A stretch of 64,000 nucleotides of DNA from Eledone cirrhosa (taxonomy: Eukaryota). Positions 12,743 to 27,056 of this stretch are shown piece after piece. The first letter of the stretch is position 1. Each line of letters begins with the position of its first letter. Under the pieces are notes generated by a model that was given only the letters and a program-made list of their open reading frames with translations, searched no databases and had not been told where the DNA came from. The stretch lies in contig OZ024752.1 of the NCBI GenBank assembly GCA_964016885.1, forward strand, positions 35,278,001-35,342,000, read 5' to 3'. Both the position numbers and the translations under genes were made by a program.

Positions 12743-13281
12743 ATATATATATATATATATATGTATGTGTATATATATATATATGTATGTATGTGTATAT
12801 ATATATATATATGTATGTATGTGGATATATATATATGTATGTATGTGTATATATATATATATATATATGTATGTGTATATATATGTATGTGTATATATAT
12901 GTATGTATGTATGTGTATATATATATATATATGTATGTGTATATATATATATATATATGTATGTGTATATATATATGTTTGTGTATATATATATATATGT
13001 ATGTGTATATATATATATATATATGTATGTGTATATATATATATATATGTATGTGTATATATATATATATGTATGTGTATATATATATATATGTATGTGT
13101 ATATATATATGTATGTATGTGTATATATATATGTATGTATGTGTATATATATATGTATGTATGTGTATATATATATATGTATGTATGTGTATATATGTAT
13201 GTATGTGTATATATATATGTATGTATGTGTATATATATATATATGTATGTATGTGTATATATATATATATGTATGTATGTG

Positions 13282-13312
<31 letters not shown>

Positions 13313-13315
13313 GTG

Positions 13316-13346
<31 letters not shown>

Positions 13347-13895
13347 GTGTATATATATATATATATATGTGTATATATATATATATATATGTATGTGTAT
13401 ATATATATATGTATGTATGTGTGTATATATATATATGTATATGTATATATATATATATGTATGTGTATATATATATATATATATGTATGTGTATATATAT
13501 ATATATATATGTGTATATATATATATATATATGTATGTGTATATATATATATATGTATGTGTGTATATATATATATGTATGTGTGTATATATATATATGT
13601 ATGTGTGTATATATATATATGTATGTGTGTATATATATATGTATGTGTGTATATATATATTATGTATGTATGTGTATATATATATGTATGTGTATATATA
13701 TATGTATGTATATATATATATATATGTATGTGTATGTATGTGTATATATATGTATGTATATATATTATATATATGTATGTGTATGTATGTGTGTATGTAT
13801 GTATGTATGTATATATATATGTATGTATGTGTATATATATGTATGTATATATATATGTATGTATATATATATATATATGTATGTGTATCTATGTG

Positions 13896-13926
<31 letters not shown>

Positions 13927-14367
13927 GTGTATATATATATATGTATGTATGTGTATATATATATATGTATGTATGTGTATATATATATATGTATGTATGT
14001 GTATATATATATATGTATGTATGTGTATATATATATATGTATGTATGTGTATATATATATATGTATGTATGTGTATATATATATATGTATGTATGTGTAT
14101 ATATATATATATATATGTATGTGTATATATATATATATATTTATGTGTATATAGATATATGTATGTGTGTATATATATATATATATGTATGTGTATATAT
14201 ATATATATATTTATGTGTATATAGATATATGTATGTGTATATATATATATATGTATGTGTATATATATATATATGTATGTGTATATATATATATATATAT
14301 GTATGTGTATATATATATATATATATATGTATGTGTATATATTTATATATATGTATGTATGTATGTG

Positions 14368-14398
<31 letters not shown>

Positions 14399-14757
14399 GT
14401 GTATATATATGTATGTATGTATGTGTATATATATATATATATATATGTATGTGTATATATATATATATATGTATGTGTATATATATATATATATGTATGT
14501 GTATATATATATATGTATGTATGTGTATATATATATATATGTATGTGTATATATATATGTATGTATGTGTATATATATATGTATGTATGTGTATATATAT
14601 ATATGTATGTATGTGTATATATGTATGTATGTGTATATATATATGTATGTATGTGTATATATATATATATATGTATGTATGTGTATATATATATATATGT
14701 ATGTATGTGTATATATATATATATATATGTATGTATGTGTATATATATATATATATA

Positions 14758-14788
<31 letters not shown>

Positions 14789-14841
14789 GTGTATATATAT
14801 ATATGTATGTATGTGTATATATATATATGTATGTATGTGTG

Positions 14842-14902
<61 letters not shown>

Positions 14903-14919
14903 ATATATATATATGTATG

Positions 14920-14957
<38 letters not shown>

Positions 14958-15415
14958 AATGTGTATATATATATATATATATGTATGAATGTGTATATAT
15001 ATATATATATGTATGTATGTGTATATATATATATATATGTATGTGTATATATATATATGTATGTATGTGTATATTATATATATATATATGTATGTGTATA
15101 TATATGTATGTATGTATGTATGTGTATATATATATGTATGTATGTATGTATGTGTATATATATATATGTATGTATGTGTATATATATATATGTATGTATG
15201 TGTATATATATATGTATGTATGTGTGTATATATATATGTATGTATGTATATATATATGTATATGTATATGTATGTGTGTGTATATATGTCTGTAGATATG
15301 TATGTATGTGTATATATATACGTATATATATACGTATATATATATATGTATGTAAATGTATATATATATATATATACACACATACATATATATATATATT
15401 CATATACATATACAT
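9706..15415. repeat. About 5.7-kb compound microsatellite of (TA)n interspersed with TATG/TGTG
   Basis: Read directly from the sequence. Confidence 0.98.
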
Positions 15416-15944
15416 ATCATCATCATCATCATTTTACGTCCGCTTTTCCCTACTTGCAAGGGTGGGACGGGTCTTATTCAGCACAGCATCTCTCCACTCG
15501 TCACGGCCCTTCGTCATCTCCACCGTGAGCTTCAATGATCTGAGGTCTGTTCTCACCATCTCTGCCCATGTTTTTCGTGGTCTACCTCTACCACGTCTTC
15601 CTTCAACTGGCATTTCCTGGCACTTCTTCACCCATCGGTCATCCTCCATGCGCATCACATGTCCATACCACCTCAGTCTCCTCTCCCGTACACTACATTC
15701 TATCCCTCTCAGGCACAGTCTCTCTCTCAACACATTTATGCTGGGTCGTTCACGCACATTTACACTGCACATCCAACGGAGCATGCTTGCCTCATTTCTC
15801 TCCAGCCGTCGCATATCCTCTGCAGTTGCTGCCCATATCTCACTACCATGCAGCATCGCGCTCCTCACACAGGCATCATACAATCGGCCTTTCGTACGCA
15901 GGGAGAAACCCTTCTTCGTCAACAGAGGAAGCAGCTCCCTAAAG
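15416..15944 (-). mobile_element. 5'-truncated RTE LINE 3' fragment with (GAT)n tail
   Basis: MLHGSEIW...[12 protein letters not shown]...[12 protein letters not shown]; (CAT)n at 15418-15432. Confidence 0.92.
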
Positions 15945-18050
15945 TAAATTAATTAACAAACACACTATAACATTTTCCTATTCGACCTCCTCCAACATCT
16001 CCAACATTATCTTTAAGCACAACAATAACATACTAAATACTAAATCTCTTCCTGTTTAAATACTAAATCTCTTCCTGTTTAAACATAAACACTGAATATC
16101 ATAATAATAGTAATAGTACTCCCGACGTCATTGTTAACTCTAGGCTAATTTCTGCAAACCCAAATACAACGTGAAACGCAACTTCGTTAAATGTTCTTAA
16201 TCCCAATCTAAATCAAGAAACTATTATTCCTATCGTAAATAACTTCTCCAATCCAATTCCTCCTATAGATACCACTAGGTCACTTGTTAATAACTCTGTT
16301 AATTTCTCTAATCGCAATTGTAATTGCCCTGTTAAAAATAAGTGTCCTCTCAACAACCATTGTCTTGAAAAAAACTTAATCTATGAATGTAAAGTTATAA
16401 CTGACACCAATTCCTTTACCTATTTTGGCTCCACTTCCACCTCCTTTAAAGCTCGTCTTTATAATCATCATTCGTCTTTTAAATACCAACTTAAAAGAAC
16501 CAACACGGCACTCTCAGAACTCATATGGTCCTTGAAAGACAAAAATATTAACTATAACATCTCTTGGAGGAAATTTTGTTCTGCCTCTCTATACTTGAAT
16601 GCCTCTCTATCCAAAACATGTAATCTTTGTTTATGTGAGAAATTTACCATTATATCTAATTTAGATTCTATAATAAATAGACGCACTGACTTATTTTCTC
16701 TCTGCTTGCATAAATTCCACAGAACATTCCATAAAGTATACAGCTAATATCTAATACTTTACCAATTTAAAATCCTTTTTCTCAAAGGCATATATATATA
16801 TATATTTCTTTAAAAATATACCCATCTTTCTACCTTATTTCAATGTTATTTATTATACATTATATAATACTAGTTACTCACTCTATATCATTCCTATTCA
16901 TCACTTCCCTTTCTTCCCTCTTCCCTTTTTATTTCTAACCTCAAATCTGTACCTTTTCTTCCTAGATACTTCTCAATTCTCATTATTACTCACCACAATA
17001 TATCCACTTTTCCTTCTTCCATCCTATCACTGGCTATAAAACTTACTATTACCCTTTTAAATACTTTATAGTATCACCTTTAAAAATCCTTCGTAAACAA
17101 ACATTTTTTTGACGTTAGATTATTTATCCTCAATTCATTATTTTTTCTCCCTTTCATGCTCGTCTATTTTACATGTTACACATCACAATACATAAAAACA
17201 AACTTAAACCCTAACTAATCTCCTTTATTACATTATATTATTAACATTAGGAATTACTTCATAAACATACATATTTTGATGTTAAGGTCTATCTCCTTCT
17301 TTGCTTTCTGCGCTCATTTGTAAACAAACTATTTACATATATTACACATACATATTACATTACATAAAAACAAACTTAAACACTAACTAATTCCTCTAAA
17401 TTCATAATTCATCCACTCTTCTACTTCTTTTCACATTATATCCTTCATAACATTACTATTTTTATTTTAATAATACATATCAACAATTTCTTTCCATCGC
17501 ACATATTATTAAACCCTTCAATATTCAAACCTTAATTTAATATTATTCTTAATACATATTAACAATTTCTTTTCATCGCACATATTCTTAAACCCTTCAA
17601 TATAGAAACCTTAATTTAACATTATTCTTAATTTTTTCTCTTCGTTAATTTTCAAATTCTTTTAATTTCTATATTATCTTCCAACGGTTTTTTAACCTCC
17701 CTCTGTAAAACAATATATTTTTCTCAGTTATAAAAACTATCTCTCTCTCTCTATCACCACTCTCTCCTCCTATCTCATCCTTCCTTATTATACTCCTCTC
17801 CCTCCATTCTTTACTCTCATCTCCTCTTCTTTTTCATCCTTTCCAATCCATCCTCATTTATTTTTCCCAATATCACACATCAATCTTAAACTACTTTTCA
17901 TATGTTGATTTAAAACTGCACTATTCACTAGTGTTTTTTAACCTTCATATCATGTCTCCCTATTTTATCTGACGAAAACGCAAATGTCATCGCATGATGA
18001 TATTTGTTTTTGAAATGCGCATAATAAAATACATGGAACTCTTTTTTTGA
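15945..18050 (+). mobile_element. 5'-truncated Penelope-like element: linker, Cys-rich GIY-YIG endonuclease (open frame 16175-16747), long G-poor 3' region and terminal hammerhead
   Basis: Manual translation gives LINKHTITFSYSTSSNISNIIFKHNNNIL, then CNCPVKNKCPLNNHCLEKNLIYECKV...TYFGST..SFKARLYNH..SF...TALSELIWSLK...CNLCLCEK...INRRTDLFSLCLH. Disrupted by a 23-bp duplication near 16036-16081 and a TGA at 16172. Confidence 0.85.
17961..18031 (+). ncRNA. Type I hammerhead ribozyme (minimal, Penelope-type)
   Basis: TATTTTAT-CTGACGA-stem II (CAAATGTCATC/GATGATATTTG)-GAAA-TGCGCA-TA-ATAAAATA: 8-bp stem I, intact core, palindromic stem III. Confidence 0.85.
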
Positions 18051-18058
18051 TCTTATAT

Positions 18059-18092
<34 letters not shown>

Positions 18093-18102
18093 TACATTTA
18101 TG

Positions 18103-18194
<92 letters not shown>

Positions 18195-18210
18195 CATACA
18201 TATATTTATG

Positions 18211-18254
<44 letters not shown>

Positions 18255-18351
18255 AATACATTTATGTATGTATATATAAATATATACATACATAACAAAA
18301 TGGCGTAGGATAGAAGAAAGGAAAGGCACAGAAACGAAGAAAGAAATCCCC

Positions 18352-18396
18352 AGTCACTGAAGAGGTCACAGAGTGTGTGACGAAAGAACTATGACT
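18352..18396 (+). ncRNA. Type I hammerhead-like motif
   Basis: AGTCA-CTGAAGA-G-GTCAC...GTGAC-GAAA-GAAC-TA-TGACT. Confidence 0.65.
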
Positions 18397-18407
18397 ATAT
18401 ATATATA

Positions 18408-18556
18408 AACAACTATCTGGTTGTGGAACCAACCAACCAACCAGAAATTTATAAATTTGTAAATTTATAAATATATATTAAATTAAATTGAAGTGAAAGC
18501 AACTGGTGCGTGTGTTTCTTATTGGCAACATGACCCTCCCAAAGTATAACAATATC
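18408..18556. repeat. Unclassified ~150-bp dispersed repeat with a near-identical inverted copy at 50410-50553
   Basis: Direct reverse-complement match; both copies adjoin (TA)n. Confidence 0.85.
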
Positions 18557-18678
18557 GGTTTCAACACACGATTTCAGATAAAGAATCTTGCTAAACAAAT
18601 TCAGAAACGAAATATATATATATACATAAATGTATGTATATATATATATATATTTATATACATATACATATATGTATG

Positions 18679-18710
<32 letters not shown>

Positions 18711-18758
18711 CACATAAATGTATATATATATATTTATATATATATACATAAATGTATG

Positions 18759-18794
<36 letters not shown>

Positions 18795-18802
18795 CATAAA
18801 TG

Positions 18803-18848
<46 letters not shown>

Positions 18849-18902
18849 CATAAATGTATGTATATATATATATATATTTATATATATATACATAAATGTA
18901 TT

Positions 18903-18936
<34 letters not shown>

Positions 18937-19088
18937 CATAAATGTATGTATATATATATTTATATATATACATAAATGAATGTATATATATATATATATT
19001 TATATATATACATAAATGTATGTATATATATATGTATATATATTTATATATATACATAAATGTATGTATATATATACATAAATGTATG

Positions 19089-19119
<31 letters not shown>

Positions 19120-19286
19120 ACATAAATGTATGTATATATATATATATATTTATATATATATACATAAATGTATGTATATATATATGTATATATATTTATA
19201 TATATACATAAATGTATGTATATATATACATAAATGTATGTATATATATATGTATATATATATATATTTATATATATACATAAATG

Positions 19287-19328
<42 letters not shown>

Positions 19329-19332
19329 AATG

Positions 19333-19390
<58 letters not shown>

Positions 19391-19546
19391 ATATTTATAT
19401 ATATATACATAAATGTATATATATATGTATATATACATAAATGTATGTATATATATATATTTATATATATATACATAAATGTATATATATATATATATAT
19501 ATACATAAATGTATGTAAATGTATATATATATATATATATACATAA

Positions 19547-19583
<37 letters not shown>

Positions 19584-19622
19584 AATGTATATATATATAT
19601 ATACATAAATGTATATATATAT

Positions 19623-20080
19623 ATAAAATATTAAACAAATAATGAATAAAACAATGAAACAGTTCCTTATATTAAACAAAAAAAGTTCATTATTTAACGA
19701 TCGTTTCTAGGATATATATGTGTTAGAATTGGCATGCATATTCAACAGATCTATGTATGTGTTGGTATGTATATTTAATCTTGATAGTTTGTATAATTTT
19801 GTATAATTTTGTACATAGATCTGTTGAATATGCATGCCAATTCTAACACATATATATCCTAGAAACGATCGTTAAATAATGAACTTTTTTTGTTTAATAT
19901 AAGGAACTGTTTCATTGTTTTATTCATTATTTGTTTAATATTTTATCCTGACTCTGTATACCGTTTATCTTTCACCGAAAGTGATTTTTCATTACATCTC
20001 TTCTTTCCATGATATCCGGAATACATTGAGTTCTTCATACGGATTGGACACTACCGTAAACTCTTGGTAGATTTATCTAC
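19623..20080 (+). mobile_element. (TA)n-flanked fold-back insert, probably a Penelope-like pLTR fragment
   Basis: 135-bp inverted arms at 19623-19757 and 19812-19946. The right arm carries GAAA-CGATCG-TT, the 3' half of a hammerhead. Confidence 0.7.
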
Positions 20081-20103
20081 ATATATATATATATACATAA
20101 ATG

Positions 20104-20151
<48 letters not shown>

Positions 20152-20184
20152 AATGTATATATATATATATATATATATACATAA

Positions 20185-20221
<37 letters not shown>

Positions 20222-20222
20222 A

Positions 20223-20272
<50 letters not shown>

Positions 20273-20323
20273 CTACATATACATAAATGTATGTATATGT
20301 AGATATATATATATACATAAATG

Positions 20324-20373
<50 letters not shown>

Positions 20374-20583
20374 AATGTATATATATATATATATATATAT
20401 ATACATAAATGTATGTATATATATATATTTATATATATATACATAAATGTATATATATATGTATATATACATAAATGTATATATATATGTATATATACAT
20501 AAATGTATGTATATATATGTATATATATATATATATACATATATATACATACATTTATGTATATATACATATATATATACATT

Positions 20584-20682
<99 letters not shown>

Positions 20683-20683
20683 A

Positions 20684-20766
<83 letters not shown>

Positions 20767-20794
20767 ATATATATACATACATGTATATATATAT

Positions 20795-20846
<52 letters not shown>

Positions 20847-20889
20847 ATATATATACATAAATGTATGTATATATATATATATATGTATG

Positions 20890-20920
<31 letters not shown>

Positions 20921-20986
20921 ATATATATATATATATACATGTATATATATATATATATATATACATGTATATATATATATATATAT

Positions 20987-21032
<46 letters not shown>

Positions 21033-21048
21033 ATATATATATATATAT

Positions 21049-21088
<40 letters not shown>

Positions 21089-21134
21089 ATATATGTATAT
21101 ATATATATACATGTATATATATGTATATATATAT

Positions 21135-21238
<104 letters not shown>

Positions 21239-21242
21239 ATAT

Positions 21243-21858
21243 ATGGTGGCTGCCAACTCGTTTTCGAGTACGGCCACTACTTTATATCCATGTAGGAGAA
21301 CTCCTACCAATGCGCTGAACAAGTGTGACTTTATAGTCCAGCCAGCGACTTGAAAACTCTGGTACAAACACTACACTTGTGACAATTATTGACACATAGT
21401 GCTGGGCCCATGGTATCATGTGACGACAAGTGCAGGGAGATCTCCAGATATAAAGCAATGCCTGTGCCGTGAAGCTTTTATAGTGAGCAAAGGCACTGCA
21501 CAAAGCCAGTCCCACTCTCTTAACCAATATGATATTTACCAAAAAGAAGAACAAGTCAACATCATTGGATACCATCAGGGTTGCAGGTGTTATATCAGAG
21601 TTTTCCTTCTCCTAGAATTCTGCCTTGACAAAGGCTAAGGGGTCATCTCTCCCGGTGATTTTGGATGGCCATTGACTCTTAAGAGCTCCTTTGCCCTTTG
21701 ACAGGTTTTGTTTTTAGTCCTGCAGGATGTCCAAAGTCACCCTCCTCACCAAGAAACCTTGGTGGGGTTGCCAGTTTAGTCGCCAACGACCCGACCATGA
21801 GACAGGTTGTACTGGGATACATGTTACCAGTAATACCAACTGGTGACCTGACACGAGT
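21243..21858 (-). mobile_element. Non-autonomous ~610-bp RTE-derived retroposon, copy 1
   Basis: Inverted homolog at 52592-53190. RTE-like 5' UTR motif GGAGAAGGAAAACTCTGAT. 3' stem-loop CTCG-AAAA-CGAG followed by microsatellite. Confidence 0.7.
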
Positions 21859-22098
21859 GTATATATATATATATATACATGTATATATATATATGTATAT
21901 ATATATATATACATGTATATATATATATGTATATATATATATATACATGTATATATATATATGTATATATATATATGTATATATATATATATACATGTAT
22001 ATATATATATGTATATATATATATATACATGTATATATATATATGTATATATATATATATACATGTATATATATATATATATATACATGTATATATAT

Positions 22099-22129
<31 letters not shown>

Positions 22130-22132
22130 CAC

Positions 22133-22168
<36 letters not shown>

Positions 22169-22453
22169 ATGTATGTATATATATATATATATATATACAT
22201 AAATGTATGTATATATATTTATATATATATACATAAATGTATGTATGTATGTATATATACATAAAAATATGTGTATATATATATATATATATACATAAAT
22301 GTATTTATATATATTTATATATATATACATAAATGTATGTATGTATGTATATATACATAAAAGTATGTGTATATATATATATACATAAATGTATGTATAT
22401 ATATTTATATATATATACATAAATGTATGTATGTATGTATATATACATAAAAG

Positions 22454-22506
<53 letters not shown>

Positions 22507-22537
22507 ATGTATGTATGTATGTATATATACATAAAAG

Positions 22538-22569
<32 letters not shown>

Positions 22570-22621
22570 CATAAATGTATGTATGTATGTATGTATGTAT
22601 GTATGTATGTATACATAAAAG

Positions 22622-22657
<36 letters not shown>

Positions 22658-23473
22658 CACATAAGTATGTGTGTGTGTACATATATATATGTCTGAGTGT
22701 GTTCTACTTTAACTGTTTAATTACCATATTTCTACTTAAATACAATGTTTATAATTTTCAATTAATTTTGAAACAAATCAACTTTTTCATTTTTAAGTTG
22801 GTTTTTGAAACATAAATTAACAAATTTCCTTACATAAAATTATAAAGGAATATTCAAATTTAAATGTGAACAATTTAAAACAAATAGCTTTGTACGGTAG
22901 AACTAAAAGCAGCGGTTTGGTGTCAGAGCGTTAAGGTAAATGGCAGTTTCTATTCTTTTTGTAAAATTCTATTCGAAAACAGAGAGAGAGAGAGAGAGAG
23001 AGCATTTCCACAGTATTAAAATAAAATATGGGTTAAATATTATCTCACCAATCAACTTCGAATCCGATTTGAAATAAATAATAGTGAAAAGTTGTTGCTC
23101 TACTTTAGTGTTTGAATAGATAATTTTCTAATGTATATAATGTAATTTAATTGAAACGAAAATCCGTTTCAAATATATGAGATAGATGTCGTTCACATGG
23201 GAATATACAAATATATTAGACTCTTTCTATTTTACTTTTGAAGTTATATTGTTTGTCATATCTACAATATAAGTTATTAATGAAAATAAGGAGATATGTT
23301 TAAGGCCGGAGACGATCGATTAAAAATTTTATGTTTTGGTGATATACATTGTTTCATTTGACTAAGCATATCTATTAGTAAGACAGAGACAAGTAACAGT
23401 ATTTTAATATACAATGATAAAATAATATAATCGATCAATCAGTCAGTCAGACAAAAATAAATGTATTTCTTAC

Positions 23474-23631
23474 TGATATGTTAACATTAAATCCATTTTC
23501 GAGTTCTTCAGGCTCCCCAATTACTATAGATGATTGAAGAACGAGTGATAAATCTGGTTGCATCTTGTCAGCTTGCAGACCAGAACGAAGGAAGCCAACC
23601 CCTTCGACAGCCAGTGGAGATGCCAGGAACC
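23474..23631 (-). CDS. GMC oxidoreductase coding exon 8
   Basis: AG/GTAAG borders, phase 1 to 0; GFLASPLAVEGVGFLRSG...QPDLSLVL. Confidence 0.8.
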
Positions 23632-23699
23632 CTAGGAAAATAATTTTAAGTTATTAAAATGTTCTAGAAAAGACGCAAGTTTCAATTAAGCAGCTATAC

Positions 23700-25123
23700 A
23701 CAATTGTTTCTTGTTTTTTTTTTTTTTTTTGGTACAAGGCCAGCAATTATCCTAGTGCTTTAATTGGTACTTTATTTTATCGACCTCGTAACGGTGAAAG
23801 ATAAAGTTAACCTTGGCGGGATTTGAACTCAGATCATAAAGGGCCGTAACTCTATGCTGCGAAGCATAGCGCCCGACTCTCTAACGATACTGCCAATCCA
23901 CCGCCCTTATAGCTATATATGTTTTCTGATTTTGTAACAAGGTCAACAATTTTTGGGGTATGGGCAAATCGATTAAATCGATCCCAGTGTATTACTGGTA
24001 CTTTATTTTATCGACCCTGTAAGGATGAAAGGCAAAGTTAACCTCGGCGGGATTTGACCTCCGAACGTAAAGAGAGTAAAGCATGTTATCCGTCGCCCTT
24101 ACCGATACTGCCAATCCACCGCCGTTAATAATTGTTTCTATTTTTTTGGCACAAGGCCAGCAATTATCTCAGTGCATTACAGGTACTTTATTATATCGAC
24201 CCCGTATGGATGAAAGGCAAAGTTAACCTTGGCGGGATTTGAACTCAGACCATAAAGGGGCGCAACTCTTTCTGATTTAGGTACAAGGCTAACAATTTTT
24301 CGGGAGAAGATAATCAATTAAATCGACCCCAATGCATTACTGGTACTTTATTTTATCTATCTCGTAAGGATGAAAGGCAAAGTTAAACTCAGTGATATTT
24401 GAAATCAGAACGTCTTCTTGTGACGCTAAACTCTGCCAGTTGCAGACTGCGCATCAACATGTGATATCCCTCTCCACAAAGTTAGATCACCAGAAGCAGA
24501 GTTCAAAGAACAAAGATCAAGTCCAGTTCATAAGTTGACATTATCAAGCCATCGTTTTGGCTGCCGGCCTTTGCTTCTCTTACCAGCCAGCCAGCCTTCC
24601 TTCCAGGCATAACCTACTCACACCACGAGTTGATCTTTTTATATCAGAACGTAAAGGCACATAATTATATGCCGCAACGCATGCTGTATAACGCCCTACC
24701 GATTCTATTACCAATCCAAGCAACAATAATAAAGTTCGAAATAATACTTTACAACTTCCGAAATATTTCTACCGTACATGTTCTCGGCTTCAGGATTTTA
24801 AGTACAACTTTTGCGATTCACCACAACAGCATTATATAATTCTTTAGCAATTGAATATTTTTTTGGATATACAAATACCTTCCCCCAAAACATTCCTTAA
24901 ATCTTAACAATACTGCCAATCCACCACCCTTAATAACTGTTTCTACTTTTGGCATAAGGCCATCAATTACCCAGTGCATTACTGGTACTTTATTTTATCG
25001 ACCCCCTAATTATGAAAGGCAAAGTTAACCTCGGCGGGATTTGAACTCAGAACGTAAAGGGCCATAACTATATGCTGTAAAGCGTGGTGTATGACGCTCT
25101 ACCGAGACTTCCAATTCACCACC
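23700..25123 (-). mobile_element. Cluster of about 5 tRNA-derived SINEs with a Deu/Nin-like central domain
   Basis: Repeated B-box GAGTTCAAATCC and GCCTTTCATCCTTACGGGGTCGATAAAATAAAGTACCAG on the minus strand. The domain name is an inference. Confidence 0.85.
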
Positions 25124-25218
25124 ATTCCCGGTCTCTATATGTACTGTATATTTTCAAACAGCAATTCATTCAAAAATTAAACCGAATTCCCTTAAAGTTT
25201 TGACGATTTCTGTCTTAC

Positions 25219-25369
25219 CTGTTTTATAAAACTGATATCGCATAAATTCCATCAGTGACATTGCCTTTGATTTCGTCATACTGTAATCTTTTGTTATGTT
25301 AGCTCTCAACCACACCATAACGTGGTTCTTGAGATATTTTCCAACAGGTAAATCACGAATTCGTGGAAT
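25219..25369 (-). CDS. GMC oxidoreductase coding exon 7
   Basis: CAG/GTAAG borders, phase 0 to 1; IPRIRDLPVGKYLKNH. Confidence 0.88.
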
Positions 25370-25507
25370 CTGTGGAATAAAAAAAAAAAAAAGATATATA
25401 ATGTGTATGTATGTATGTACGTAAAAGGTAAACAGAAATAACAACACAATCGGTACAGTATATGGAAGGAATATATTAGGTTAACGCTTGAAATAGCAGG
25501 AAGAGGG

Positions 25508-25543
25508 TCTTAACGTTTCGGACGCTAGCCCTTCATCCGAAGA
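25508..25543 (-). ncRNA. Minimal hammerhead with mutated core (CGGAUGA) in a pLTR-like repeat (25415-25560)
   Basis: TCTT-CGGATGA-AGGGC TAGC GTCC-GAAA-CG-TT-AAGA; homologous to the repeat at 32190-32330. Confidence 0.6.
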
Positions 25544-25794
25544 AAGAATGAGAAATAAAATAGATAGAAGGGACGGGCGGTGTGGGATTGGAAAAAATGT
25601 CTTTAGATAAAAACAACAGGTCCATTTATGTTGACATCTTTTTAAGCAAGTATTGCACCAAGAAAAATATCGACTTCGGGAGAAAAAAGAGTAAGAATTT
25701 ATTGATATACATAAAGAAAACCTTATCTACCCTCATATATATATATATATATTTATTAAAATAACAGATTTTAGTCTTCATATTTATTATTATT

Positions 25795-25980
25795 AGTGGA
25801 TTGGCAGTATCTGTAGAGGGTGGGACGCCATGCTTTGCAGCATATAGTTACGTCCCTTTATGGTCTGAGTTCAAATCCCGCCGAGGTTAACTTTGCTTTT
25901 TATCCTTACGGGGTCGATAAAATAAAGTACCAGTAATGTACTGGGATAATTGCTGGCCTTGTGCCAAAAGTAGAAACAAT
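25795..25980 (+). mobile_element. tRNA-derived SINE, same family as the 23700 cluster
   Basis: A-box-like TGGCAGTATC, B-box, and the conserved central domain. Confidence 0.85.
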
Positions 25981-26295
25981 TATTACTATATATATTATAT
26001 ATATATATATTATATATTATATATATATATATTATATATATTATATATATATTATATATATATTATATATTATATATATATATATTATATATTATATATA
26101 TTATATATATATTATATATATATTATATATATATTATATATTATATATTATATATATATATATTATATATATATATTATATATATATATATTATATATAT
26201 ATATATTATATATATATATATATTATATATATATATATATTATATATATATATTATATATATATATATTATATATATATATGTATATATAATATA

Positions 26296-26450
26296 TATAA
26301 CAAAGAAAATGTGGTAAGAAACCAGGTGGACCATAACGCACCAGAGTACTCGATACTTAGGGTAGTAGAGTGGGTAATAGGTAAAGAGTCAGGACTCCGA
26401 CGGCTGAGCACCGGCCGTTTCGACAGCTAGATCATGTCGGGGCCCTGACC
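26296..26450 (-). mobile_element. pLTR-like repeat homologous to 60554-60683
   Basis: Shared sequence, also visible as the near-identical short ORFs VVRNQVDHNAP; carries GTC-GAAA-CGGCCG. Confidence 0.65.
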
Positions 26451-26699
26451 CTCTCCCTCTCTCCCTCTCTCTCTCTCTAATATTAATAGTAAAAATATTG
26501 GAATTAATATAATTTTTGTCTCATATCTAATAACTTGAATGAATGAAAGGTAAATTGACCTCGGCGTGATAACATCAATACATGGTGACAAATATATGTT
26601 AGATCGCCACATATCACTTCTTTGTAAATTTGCAGACTGTACACCGTTATATAAAACCGTTAATTGTTTATTTCTGTTTTATTTTTTACTGGTAAACTT

Positions 26700-27056
26700 T
26701 ATTGTGATCCAGTTGTTGAAGTTAGACCAAACAAATCTGAAATGTTTCCCCACCGTGTACCACAATTTCTTCAACCTTTCAATCAATCCCCCAGGAAGAA
26801 ATGTATTATCGAACTGATGATCTCAATCGAACAATTAATTGAAAAGTTAATGGAATTCAGAAGATCTTTGCTCATAATATTTATTGACTTGACTAAGGAC
26901 TTTGACAGCGTAAAATTATCTTCGTTATGGCGACGTCTTGAAGAGACATTCACAGATGAATCTTATATTCGTCTAATAAAAGTAATATATGAAGATTTAA
27001 AGGCTTCAGTCAAGTGTGACACAAGTATTTCAAGATCTATAAGATATACAGGATAG
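26700..27056 (+). mobile_element. Degenerate LINE (RTE-like) reverse transcriptase fragment
   Basis: QLIEKLMEFRRSLLIIFIDLTKDFDSV matches the RT DxxKAFD region. Confidence 0.7.

Noticed and set aside
9509-15947. Very long ORFs (up to 1571 aa) rich in Y/I/C/M/V/H/T, and similar ORFs at 2.5-3.8, 18-22.8, 51-53 and 61.5-63.6 kb
   Set aside because: They are translations of (TA/TATG)n microsatellites that lack stop codons in several frames.
16172-16174. In-frame TGA as selenocysteine in the PLE ORF
   Set aside because: It lies in a low-complexity linker rather than at a Cys motif, and the copy also has a frameshifting duplication.
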